This document shows, piece after piece, positions 24,607-35,983 of a stretch of DNA of 42,640 bases. Origin of the DNA: Octopus bimaculoides (taxonomy: Eukaryota); NCBI RefSeq assembly GCF_001194135.2, contig NC_068986.1, forward strand, positions 115,704,605 through 115,747,244. Reading direction: 5' to 3'. Positions within the stretch are counted from its first letter, which is position 1. Each line of letters begins with the position of its first letter. The notes under the pieces were generated by a model. The model was not told where the DNA came from. It did not search any database and worked only from the letters and a program-made list of their open reading frames with translations. The translations under genes were made by a program, and so were the position numbers.

Positions 24607-26447
24607 GCATCTGTTAAATAGTTTCCAATAATATGATTGGTTGAGAAGTGTTTATATACTAAGGTTAGAAATATTTTTTTAAATATTCGCTTTAGCAAGT
24701 GTGCGTTTGTAAACCGTTTGGTAATACAGAGCCTTTTGTTACTTTCAGGGACGAAATTAAGGGATTAGATTTTTTTTGTCTTAGAATAACAGGGGAACAA
24801 GAATTACAGAATTAACTTCATTAGCTTACAGTTGTTTCTTAGTATCCCATCGATGGCTTAGCTGGCCGAAACTTCGAAGTTACTATCAATAGTATTCTTG
24901 TTTAATGACAATATACTTAAAAACTATTTACTTAGCGCTTTTGTCCCTTTCAAAGATCCGTCATGAATGATTTCTTACATAGAATATATGTACCTTTTAT
25001 GTACTTGTGAGTTAGTTGGGGGAAAAAATCTGGAGTTGACTGTATGTTGTGCTGTGTGTAATATAGTTGCATTTCTCATTCGTACTAAGTGTATGGCCTA
25101 TGTGTGTATGTCTACGTAATATATTTATAGAGCCTAGCAATACTATTGTCCGTACGGGATGTTATGTGTGTAAGGACCCTATGTAATATATTCGAGTCGT
25201 ATTTTCTCTGCTTAAGGCGATGGATTTGCAGGATCGTTAGAGCATGGGTAAAAATGCAATTTTTAATCAAACACTTTACGTTCTAAGAAACTCCGGCCAA
25301 GTCAACTTCGTCTTTCTTCCCTCTGCGGTCGATAATATTCATTACCAATGTGGTAGTGTGTCAAATGGTATCGAATAATTCCCTTCCACTGAAAATTGCT
25401 GGCCTTTCGTCTTAATCAGAAACAATATTATATTTGTTCTGCCATCGGTATAATTGCTTGGACGTGATGTACATAGGTTCGAATGTTGGATGTATATTTA
25501 GGTTCGGTTGTACTTTACGTAATGTGTATACAATACCTTATTGTACTACTTCCTGTATATTGTGTATGTTATATGTAAATCCTGGCGTTTTACTTACCTA
25601 TTTATTTGTGTCTGTAGTTAATCATTCCCAAGACACCTTCTATATTCCGTGGCTCGTTTCTTCAGCCGAGCCACACATTCTCCTCATCTCCGTTTCCTCT
25701 TGTTTACATCAGAATTGTTTACTCATTTCTCTATTTCCTATTTTTTTATTTGCTTTTGACTTTTTACATAGTTTATGCTGTTGTTTTTTCTCTCTCCCCA
25801 CCCACCACCACTTCTCCTCGCGACTTCTCTTACCTCAGCCGCTCTTACATAAGCGCTGATCTCTCTGAAACACTGAAAACAATTTCTGCTTTGGATGGTT
25901 CTGTTTCATGTTTTGTTGCTCTATGCATTGTTTATCTTTATTGTCTGTAAAAGCACTTGGCCTAGAGTTTAGTGCGTTAGGCTCACATTATCAAGATAGT
26001 AGGTTCGATTCTTGGGTCGTGCAGCGCTTTGTATTTTCATATCATATTGCTCAACTGAAACGAGTACCGTTAGGATGTCGGAGTTGCCCTATCTCTCTCC
26101 AGCTGCAACACCCAGCATCTACTACAGAGTGAAAGAGAAGGGGTGAGTCCAAGAGGTGCCTGTATCTACTCATGACCACACGGACACCTACAACAATTAA
26201 CGAGAGCATCGTACATCTTAACAAGCCATACTGGTTCGATACTGATGGATAACTGTATTTATATTTCATTGTTTACAGGATATTTTTGTGGTCACACGCC
26301 AGAAAGTTGATAATTATTTGGTCAAAAAAGATCCCTACCTTCATTTTTCCGTCATAAACATTTTATTTATTTTATTGAATTTCCGATGAAACATTATAGC
26401 TCTTGCTTTCCTACATCCACTAACTAATTTGTTTAACTACTAATTAG

Positions 26448-26644
26448 AGACGCAGGTGTGGCTGTGTGGTTAAGAACTTTGCTTCCCAATCACATAATTT
26501 CGAGATCAGTTCTATGGCGCGGCACCTTGGACATGTGTCTTGTACTATAGCCTCAAGCTAACCAATGCCTTGGGAGTAGATTTGGTTGATAGAAACTGAA
26601 AGAAATCTGTCTTACATATGTGGGTGTACGGGCGGGAGATGCAT

Positions 26645-26698
<54 letters not shown>

Positions 26699-27025
26699 TT
26701 GTCTTGATATGACGTGATATTTAGAAAGGGTGTCACATTCATTCAAACGGTGTCCGTCGTTTACAATCGTCTTCGTAAACATGTCTGGTCGTGGGGAAAT
26801 TTAATGTTGCTTCTAAACAGATTACGGTTGGTGACAGGAAGGGCATCCGGTCGTAGAAAATCTCAAAAAATTCCGTCTGACCCATGCAAGTATGGAAAAA
26901 TGGATGTAAAGCGACAGCGATAACGACGTCGGCGATGAATACGATGATGATGACGACGGCGGTGACGGCGATGGCGATGGTGATGGCGACGATGATAATG
27001 ATGGTGATGATGATGATGATGACTT
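26448..27025 (+). mobile_element. SINE with family-A head, a different 3' module and a (GAT/GAC)n tail
   Basis: Head 26448-26610 matches family A. After (GT)n the sequence (ccttgtcttga..gggcatccggtcgtagaaaa..acccatgcaagtatggaaaaatgga) does not match the family-A tail. Confidence 0.7.
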
Positions 27026-27453
27026 ATTGGTTATTTAGACAATCCTAAAATCGCTCATCACAAAATAAACAAATAACAGAAGATACTTTGCAACGTCGAA
27101 AGCATGAAAGTCTCCACGGTTGACTGATCTCGGGATTTGGGCGTCGAGACTCGAAACTAACACCACAAGGTACTTAACCATGCTCTCTAACGATTCGACT
27201 AATTCACCGCTTTATTGTTCCCACTGAGGCGAGAAATTGATCGGGCGGCCGGTTGACGTAGTATAAAATGTAAGCACACAGGTTCAATCCCTGTTATACA
27301 CAATTCACTTACATTACAAATATTTTTTTGATAAACAAAACGTCATGAACATCACAACACCTCGTTTATTTTTATTTGATGCTTGTAATTTAGTTTGGTA
27401 TTTTTATAAATTAGATGCAATAATAATGTTTTTCTCCGTTTCTTTCTCTGCAG

Positions 27454-27588
27454 GTGCCTTCTTGGTTCCCTACTTCCTCATGCTTCTGTTTCTGGGTTTA
27501 CCAATGTTCTACATGGAACTTTGTCTGGGACAATTCCATCGTTGTGGACCGTTTAAAATATGGCGGAAAGTCTGTCCCATTTTTTATG
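27454..27588 (+). CDS. SLC6A4: Internal exon of an SLC6 sodium:neurotransmitter symporter (TM2 region), serotonin-transporter-like
   Basis: Pyrimidine tract plus CAG acceptor (27451-27453) and GTAAG donor at 27589. 135 bp, phase 1-1, encoding (G)[44 protein letters not shown](G). SLC6 membership is near certain. GQFHRCG and WRK.CP resemble SERT rather than DAT/NET by recall, so the symbol means SERT-like and orthology is unproven. Confidence 0.8.
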
Positions 27589-27799
27589 GTAAGATATTTT
27601 ATTTCATTCCATATAAACATTACCATTTAGGAGGCCATAAAATGAAAACCTCTAAATGGCTGTTCAACTTACCGGAAATTGCAGTCAAATCTACTTAAAA
27701 TTACATCCGCAACACCTGTCCACATTTTGTCTTAATTCATGCACAATTAAACTTTTTCTTCATTTTTTTCTTTCTCCGTCTTTTTCCTTCTTCATCATC

Positions 27800-27891
27800 A
27801 TCTTCTCCTTTTGATGATGATGATGATGATGATGGTGGTGTTGATGGTGGTGGTGGTGGTGGTGGTGGTGATGAGGAGGAGGAGGAGGATA

Positions 27892-27957
<66 letters not shown>

Positions 27958-27958
27958 G
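27800..27958. repeat. Compound (GAT)n/(GGT)n/(GAG)n array
   Basis: Direct reading; source of the poly-M/H/V pseudo-ORFs. Confidence 0.95.
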
Positions 27959-27959
27959 T

Positions 27960-28148
27960 AAAGGGCCATCAATTTCGGAGACTGGGTGAGTCGATTACTT
28001 CAACCTCCGTGCATAACTGGTACTTATTTTATCGACCTCGACAGGATGAAAAGCAAAATCAACCTCGGCAGAATTCGAACTCAGAACGTAGAGACGGGCG
28101 AAATGCCGCTAAGCATTTTGCCCGGTGTGCTTACGATTCTGCCAGTTC
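27960..28148 (-). mobile_element. SINE family B
   Basis: actggtacttattttatcgacc..gatgaaaagcaaaatcaacctcggcagaattcgaactcagaacgtag..gattctgccag. Confidence 0.85.
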
Positions 28149-28196
28149 AGCAACAACAACAACAACAACAACAACAACAGCAACAACAACAACAGC

Positions 28197-28249
<53 letters not shown>

Positions 28250-28251
<2 letters not shown>

Positions 28252-28639
28252 GGATTTTATGATTCAGTGCGACCATGAGATAGAGAATAGGAGACCAGAC
28301 ATAGTTTTAATTGAGAAAGAAAACAAACTATGCTGGATCATAGATATATCATGCCCAGCTGACAACAAGGTATGCGATAAGGAAGAAAGAAAAGTCCAGA
28401 GATATGACGGGTTAGCTTGGGAGGCTAAGCAGTTGTGGTCGATGAAAAAGGTAGCAGTAGTATCAATAATTGTCGGAGCCCGGGGAACAGTGAGTAAAAA
28501 TCTCGAGAAGTACACGGAACAAATAGGGGCTGCAATAAGGGTGGAGCACTTGCAGAAAACAGCACTGCTTGGAACCGCTCGAATACTCCGGAAGGTGCTC
28601 GAAAAATAAGAGGTATTACCTTAGTTCACTGGTAGTGAA
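28250..28639 (+). mobile_element. R4/Dong-like non-LTR retrotransposon 3' fragment (restriction-like endonuclease)
   Basis: WDFMIQCDHEIENRRPDIVLIEK..IIDISCP..K..RY..L..IIVGARG..LQKTALLGTARILRKVL, a PD-(D/E)xK RLE, starting directly after (ATA)n. Confidence 0.85.
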
Positions 28640-29250
28640 NNNNNNNNNNNNNNNNNNNNNNNNNNNNNNNNNNNNNNNNNNNNNNNNNNNNNNNNNNNNN
28701 NNNNNNNNNNNNNNNNNNNNNNNNNNNNNNNNNNNNNNNNNNNNNNNNNNNNNNNNNNNNNNNNNNNNNNNNNNNNNNNNNNNNNNNNNNNNNNNNNNNN
28801 NNNNNNNNNNNNNNNNNNNNNNNNNNNNNNNNNNNNNNNNNNNNNNNNNNNNNNNNNNNNNNNNNNNNNNNNNNNNNNNNNNNNNNNNNNNNNNNNNNNN
28901 NNNNNNNNNNNNNNNNNNNNNNNNNNNNNNNNNNNNNNNNNNNNNNNNNNNNNNNNNNNNNNNNNNNNNNNNNNNNNNNNNNNNNNNNNNNNNNNNNNNN
29001 NNNNNNNNNNNNNNNNNNNNNNNNNNNNNNNNNNNNNNNNNNNNNNNNNNNNNNNNNNNNNNNNNNNNNNNNNNNNNNNNNNNNNNNNNNNNNNNNNNNN
29101 NNNNNNNNNNNNNNNNNNNNNNNNNNNNNNNNNNNNNNNNNNNNNNNNNNNNNNNNNNNNNNNNNNNNNNNNNNNNNNNNNNNNNNNNNNNNNNNNNNNN
29201 NNNNNNNNNNNNNNNNNNNNNNNNNNNNNNNNNNNNNNNNNNNNNNNNNN

Positions 29251-29420
29251 AATTGCACTACTGGGTACTGCACACATTCTACGCAAAACACTTTCAATAC
29301 AGTAAACATAAGAGCACCACAGCAAACCACAGCACATACCCAAGGCGCACAGAGCTGCGCTCGGTAGTGAAATGAAAGCACGTTATAAAAATAAAACTAT
29401 TGAACAATAATAATAATAAT
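29251..29420 (+). mobile_element. R4/Dong-like 3' terminus with (AAT)n tail
   Basis: IALLGTAHILRKTLSIQ*, then a 3' UTR nearly identical to 32010-32170. Confidence 0.85.
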
Positions 29421-29427
29421 GATAATA

Positions 29428-29990
29428 TGCCCGGATGCAGTACCAGGCAGTGGCTCTCATGGCTTCTGATCTTAATTGATTGGAAGTGTTATTATGTACA
29501 TTGTTTTGTCTTGATATAAAAGATGGGCTACAGCAAATATTCTGCTCAATACCACAGATTTGCTTGTCATTTGTTTGACCTTAGCCAGTTGAGCATGTCC
29601 CTTGGTGGCTGACGATATGTGCATCTCTGATCAGAAGCAGAAATAGTGGGGGAGCATCATAGCCATGTGTTTAGAGGGTTTGAATATTTTGGGGTTTGAA
29701 TAATTCACCTTTGGAAACATGGGTGTTTTGCTCAACATCCTTAAACAAACCTCATTCAGGGACCTTTTGAGCGGGATGGGCTACTCGACCTGAAGAAAAT
29801 TCTAACTGGGCCCCGCCTGCGAGGTCATGCGCTGTTTATCTTCATATGAGATCACTATGTCGTCACACATATGGTTGTGATGCATGTGCCTGGTGTACCC
29901 TTATCAGACGAGTAGTCATAACGGGTATATTGGGCTTCGTATATTTTACCCCAGTGTCACTTTGATGGCATGCACTGCTCTCTCACTCAA
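29428..29990. repeat. Unclassified non-coding segment of about 560 bp flanked by (AAT)n on both sides
   Basis: Higher GC than its surroundings, no ORF, bounded by trinucleotide arrays. Resembles an interspersed repeat, but only one copy is in the window. Confidence 0.45.
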
Positions 29991-30034
29991 TAATAATAAT
30001 AATTATTATTATTATTATTATTATTATAAGTAAG

Positions 30035-30395
30035 GAGGTGTTTGATGGTCACTATGGCTTGCCCAGGAGATCATTACATCAATGATAAAGAAAACTAGAA
30101 AATCGTAAAATATGCTGACTTGAGAATATATGTGAAGAGAATGTGGAATATGAAAATAAGTGTGATACCAGTTGTGATTGGAGCACTGGGGGTCGGTAAC
30201 GCAAAACCTTCAGAAACACGTTGACACGACTGGAATCATCTGTCCCAACATTACGACATTGCAGAAAAGACAACAACACTTCTGAGAACAGCAAATATTC
30301 TGCAGAAAACATTGTTTATCTGAGATCATACAACTTGATAGGGACTCAAACGATCCCCGGTGTTAACAAAGTCATCTCTGTGCAAACGAAGGAAT
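30035..30395 (+). mobile_element. Older R4/Dong-like RLE 3' fragment
   Basis: Degenerate KISVIPVVIGALG..ITTLQK motif, followed by a UTR and (AAT)n. Confidence 0.65.
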
Positions 30396-30424
30396 AATAA
30401 TAACAATAATAATAATAATAATAA

Positions 30425-31453
30425 CAAGAAGAAGAAGAAGAAGAAGAAGATGAAGAAGAAGAAGAAGAAGAAGAAGAAGAAGAAGAAGAAGAAGAAGAAG
30501 AAGAAGAAGAAGAAGAAGAAGAAGAAGAAGAAGAAGAAGAAGAAGAAGAAGAANNNNNNNNNNNNNNNNNNNNNNNNNNNNNNNNNNNNNNNNNNNNNNN
30601 NNNNNNNNNNNNNNNNNNNNNNNNNNNNNNNNNNNNNNNNNNNNNNNNNNNNNNNNNNNNNNNNNNNNNNNNNNNNNNNNNNNNNNNNNNNNNNNNNNNN
30701 NNNNNNNNNNNNNNNNNNNNNNNNNNNNNNNNNNNNNNNNNNNNNNNNNNNNNNNNNNNNNNNNNNNNNNNNNNNNNNNNNNNNNNNNNNNNNNNNNNNN
30801 NNNNNNNNNNNNNNNNNNNNNNNNNNNNNNNNNNNNNNNNNNNNNNNNNNNNNNNNNNNNNNNNNNNNNNNNNNNNNNNNNNNNNNNNNNNNNNNNNNNN
30901 NNNNNNNNNNNNNNNNNNNNNNNNNNNNNNNNNNNNNNNNNNNNNNNNNNNNNNNNNNNNNNNNNNNNNNNNNNNNNNNNNNNNNNNNNNNNNNNNNNNN
31001 NNNNNNNNNNNNNNNNNNNNNNNNNNNNNNNNNNNNNNNNNNNNNNNNNNNNNNNNNNNNNNNNNNNNNNNNNNNNNNNNNNNNNNNNNNNNNNNNNNNN
31101 NNNNNNNNNNNNNNNNNNNNNNNNNNNNNNNNNNNNNNNNNNNNNNNNNNNNNNNNNNNNNNNNNNNNNNNNNNNNNNNNNNNNNNNNNNNNNNNNNNNN
31201 NNNNNNNNNNNNNNNNNNNNNNNNNNNNNNNNNNNNNNNNNNNNNNNNNNNNNNNNNNNNNNNNNNNNNNNNNNNNNNNNNNNNNNNNNNNNNNNNNNNN
31301 NNNNNNNNNNNNNNNNNNNNNNNNNNNNNNNNNNNNNNNNNNNNNNNNNNNNNNNNNNNNNNNNNNNNNNNNNNNNNNNNNNNNNNNNNNNNNNNNNNNN
31401 NNNNNNNNNNNGAAGAAGAAGAAGAAGAAGAAGAAGAAGAAGAAGAAGAAGAA
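30425..31453. repeat. (GAA)n array spanning an N gap
   Basis: (GAA)n on both sides of gap 30555-31410. Confidence 0.85.
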
Positions 31454-31454
31454 A

Positions 31455-32172
31455 TAACAAGTAACTGTAGAATATGTGGAGATGGACAAGAAACAATAAA
31501 TTATATTATCTCTGGCTGCCCAGTCCTGGCTAAGAAGGAATATATTCACAGACACGACAGAGCTGGGACCTATATACACTGGAAGCTATGCCAACACTAT
31601 GGAATAACAACAGAAAAAAGTTGGTATGGGCACACGCCAGCAAAGGCCACAGAAAATTAGAAAGCAACCATACTCTGGGATATGCCAATACACAAAGATA
31701 GAAAAATTAAGGCCAATAGGCCAGATATAGTTGTCAAAGATCATGAAGAAAAAAATGCTTTCTAATTGATGTATCAATACCAGCAGATGACAACGTTTCT
31801 CTAAAAGAAATCGAGAAACTTTCAAAATACAAAGACCTAGAAATAGAGGTAACTCGAATGTAGAGTCTAAAAACAGAAACAATTCCTATCATAGTAGGCA
31901 AATTAGGTATGATAAAAAATATTCAGATAAAAAATATTCAGATAAAAAATATTCAGACAACAAAGACACCAGGACTAACAAATATGTACAACATACAGAA
32001 AATAGCATTACTAGGCACCGCACACATCCTACTTAAAACACTTTCAATACAGTAACCATAAGAGCATCACAACAAATCACAGCACATACCCAAGGCACAC
32101 AGAGCTGCGCTCGGTAGTGCAGTGAAAGCACGTGATGAAAATAAAACTACTGATTAATAATAATAATAATAT
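31455..32172 (+). mobile_element. R4/Dong-like fragment: CCHC knuckle, RLE and 3' UTR (stops and a frameshift)
   Basis: CRICGDGQETINYIISGC, RHD..W.LC, ILWDMPIHKDRKIKANRPDIVVKD, LIDVSIP, KLSKYKDLEIE, IALLGTAHIL. Internal 15-bp triplication at 31911-31955. Confidence 0.9.
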
Positions 32173-32370
32173 TGACCAAATCTCAATTTTTTTTAAAGCC
32201 AAAACGTAACTAGGAACTAGTCCTCTTCAAAAATGTTAACAGTTCAATTTGGTTAAGAACTGAATTCACGACAAGCTCCGAAAGACGATGCGTATGAATA
32301 AATTGCGGCCTTCAGAATATTATTCAAATACTACCGTGGTTGATTGATTTATATATATATACATACATAT

Positions 32371-32585
32371 GTGTGTGTCTTTGTGTCTGTGCTATCACCG
32401 CTAGTCAACCGGGGTTGGTATGTTTATGTCCACGTATGCTAGCAGTTCAGCAAAAGTGATCGGTAGAATAAGTACCGCACTTGAAAATAATAAGGCTTGG
32501 AGTTGATTCATTCGACTAATTATTCTTTAAGGCAGTGCTCCAGCATGGCAGCAGTCTATCGACTGAAACAAGTATAAGGTAAAAG
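32371..32585 (+). mobile_element. SINE family A, degenerate 3' half
   Basis: gcagttcagcaaaagtgatcggtagaataagtac..ggcagtgctccagcatggc. Confidence 0.7.
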
Positions 32586-34134
32586 ATATACGTAGACATT
32601 CATGCATACACACACACACACACACACACATACACAAATACATACATGCATACATTTATACATAATGGACTCTACCGTCATTAGAGGACGTATGAGGGTT
32701 CGACAATTTCTTACCAAACAACCACACAGACATACATACATACATACATACACGCACGCACGCACACATACATACATACATACATACATACACGCACGCA
32801 CGCGCACACGCACACACACACACACACACATACATACATACATACATACATACATACATACATACATACATACATACATACCCTGTTGTTGATGTTGAAA
32901 TTCCAGTGAAGGAGCCTTTGGATCTAGGGTTAGAAACTGGTTCTTTCTCTATTGGCAAGAAATCTTGAAATAAACTGAATAATGACATACATAGATAGAC
33001 CGGTTTAGTCCTTTCATGATTTAAAATGCCTGATGGCGAGGAAGAAACATAAAATGAAAATTCGTGGAGTTCATTGTTTATTCAGCGTAAACAAAATGAC
33101 TTGGTTTCAGCAACGACTGAAGTGACATCACGCTGAGAGCTTACCCCTTGCTATGCCGCATATGAAACTCGTGTGTTAAAGTTACTGCTGTCATATCCCA
33201 TGCAGAGAACGAAATAGGCATAACTCTACGGTGACAAAAAAAAATAAGACAATATTAATTAGTCAATGAATATATTAATTATATAAATTTTTCTTTGCAT
33301 CTTGGGAGGGTCATTGTGCCAATAATAAGCACACGCACTGGTTTTATTTCACTTTATTTTTATTCGTTAATTGGTTTACTATTTAACGAGTTAACTATTC
33401 AGTTGTTTGATTAATCATTTGGTCAATCAAGTAATCGGGTTTGTCAAACTCCTTTCACCGCCATTCGCGACCTCCAGCGCAGGAGTAGAAAGGGCATGCC
33501 ATTGATGAGGGAACGAATTACGACGAAAGGACTTTGACAAACCTAGAACTATTTTCGCCTAGATGTGGTTTAACGTGTCGTTTTTTAAGATGCTTGTCTG
33601 TACTTCGAAAGAGAGTTGACTGTTATTTCTAGCACGTTTAGCAACCGCCTAGAAGTTCCTCTAGAAGTGATACCTGGGTAATGGGTGTGGTTATGACGTG
33701 CATGCGATGCTGGTAGTAGTGATATCGTTTACAGTGATGATGACGATGATGATGATGATGATAGCGGTTGTGTTTATATTTGTGGTGGTGGTGGTGGTGG
33801 TGGTGGTAACTTATGTTGTTTTCATTGGTGATCGCTCCTCCGTGTTCTTCTAACAGCGAATGACGTCATAAGTGGTTACGTATTTCTTGGAATCAAAATC
33901 TGTTGTCATTTCTCACCAGACAGGAACCGAAACGAGGATTGACGGGGCAAGAATTGGTTTAGGGTAGGGAGGGGGCTGTTAAAAGGTTAGGAGGGGTGGA
34001 GGGTTGACATCAGACAGTAGGAACGAAGTCGGAGGAACGGGAGACAGTGGGAGGCAATGGGATGAGTAGGTATAATGGAGGGTAAGGTAGAGGAAGGATG
34101 ACACAGAGTAGAGAAATTATATGAAGAAGGGGAG

Positions 34135-34330
34135 GTGAGGCTGGAAGAATCACTAGTGCGTCGAACAAAATGTCGTGCGTTAATTGTCCAGGTTCTTTAA
34201 GCTCTGAGTTCAATGCAGCCGATGTCAACTTTGTTTTTTGTCTTTTCGAGATGGATAAAATAAAGTACAAATCTAACTCTTTTTTTTAGGTATCGGCTAA
34301 TCCCCCTCCCCTCAAAATTGTTCGTTCTCT
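34135..34330 (+). mobile_element. Degenerate SINE family B
   Basis: ggtgaggctggaagaatc..ctgagttcaatgcagccgatgtcaactttg..ataaaataaagtac. Confidence 0.55.
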
Positions 34331-35983
34331 TTCTACATTAGAAGCAATTATGAGGGATTTTGTTGAAGCTCGGGAGGGTCATTATACTACTGATAAACAC
34401 ATGCGCTTGTTCCGTTTCACATCTCTTATTATTGGTCAATTCGTTAACATTCAACCAATTAACCAATCAAGTGCTTCATTAACCGTTCGTTCGATCGATC
34501 GATCAGATCTATGAAAGTAACTTCGTCACCATTTGCGACATCATCAGTGAGATACCCTCCCCCACTCCAGACCCGCCTCAGATTAGCCTACCTCAAATTA
34601 TTAGAGAATTCTGTTGTTGTTGCTGTTGTTGTTATTGTTGTCGTTGTTTCTGCTACTGCTGTTGTTGTTGTCATTGGTCGTGGTGGTGGTGTATGTGTGC
34701 GTGTGTGTGTTTNNNNNNNNNNNNNNNNNNNNNNNNNNNNNNNNNNNNNNNNNNNNNNNNNNNNNNNNNNNNNNNNNNNNNNNNNNNNNNNNNNNNNNNN
34801 NNNNNNNNNNNNNNNNNNNNNNNNNNNNNNNNNNNNNNNNNNNNNNNNNNNNNNNNNNNNNNNNNNNNNNNNNNNNNNNNNNNNNNNNNNNNNNNNNNNN
34901 NNNNNNNNNNNNNNNNNNNNNNNNNNNNNNNNNNNNNNNNNNNNNNNNNNNNNNNNNNNNNNNNNNNNNNNNNNNNNNNNNNNNNNNNNNNNNNNNNNNN
35001 NNNNNNNNNNNNNNNNNNNNNNNNNNNNNNNNNNNNNNNNNNNNNNNNNNNNNNNNNNNNNNNNNNNNNNNNNNNNNNNNNNNNNNNNNNNNNNNNNNNN
35101 NNNNNNNNNNNNNNNNNNNNNNNNNNNNNNNNNNNNNNNNNNNNNNNNNNNNNNNNNNNNNNNNNNNNNNNNNNNNNNNNNNNNNNNNNNNNNNNNNNNN
35201 NNNNNNNNNNNNNNNNNNNNNNNNNNNNNNNNNNNNNNNNNNNNNGTAGTAGTAGTAGTAGTAGTAGCAGCAGCAGTAGTAGTAGTAGTAGGAGGAGGAG
35301 GAGTATGTTTTTTTATTTATTCGGGTTCAGGACTGAAGAACTACATCATTTTTTAATAGAACATTCGAGATTATGTGAGATGGTGAGGGTAGACGGGTAC
35401 GAAGCAGGTGGAGGTGAGGGTGTTGGGTAGGTTGATAGCAAAGCTGAAGTGTCCCCCACCTTTGGCCCCAACTCAATGGAAACGACGTTGTTGTTGTTTA
35501 TCCTAAGCCCAGCCGTAATTCAATAGACCAATTATCAATGATGAGGTCCCAGCCGTGACCACCTCGTCGTCTTTTATTCAGGCATGGTTTGACCGAGATT
35601 ACTCCCAATCTTTTCTTTTTCTTCTTAAACGGCAAGATGTGATTTGAGGGAAATTTGACTGTCATTTTTTGCAGGGCTGGTGATTACATAGAGATTGTCC
35701 TTGTTGAGGAATTAGAAGCGGGGTTTGGGGCGAGGACAGGGTGGTTTAGGGTGACAATAGACTAAGGCAAGGGGGAACTGAGGTTAACATGGACTGTGGT
35801 TAGGCTTTACTCTAATTTAGCTTGACAGGGGTCAAGGGTGAATAAGGTCACGGTGAACTGTAGTTTAAGTGGAGTGGAATTAGGGCAAAAGATCCCTTTC
35901 GTTTCTGTTTTACTCTGCTGCCACCTATCCAGCCATTTGAAGTTTTTAAAAATCTCATATTTTTATTATAATATTCAGTTAAG

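Noticed and set aside
24820-24890. Half-hammerhead motifs (GAA-ACTTCGAAGT-T on +; GAA-ACAACTGT-A on -)
   Set aside because: Palindromic helix III is present but neither has a recognisable CUGANGA core; possibly an old relic, too degraded to call.
27811-28278. Poly-Met/Val/Thr/Ile ORF
   Set aside because: Trinucleotide arrays bridged by a SINE.
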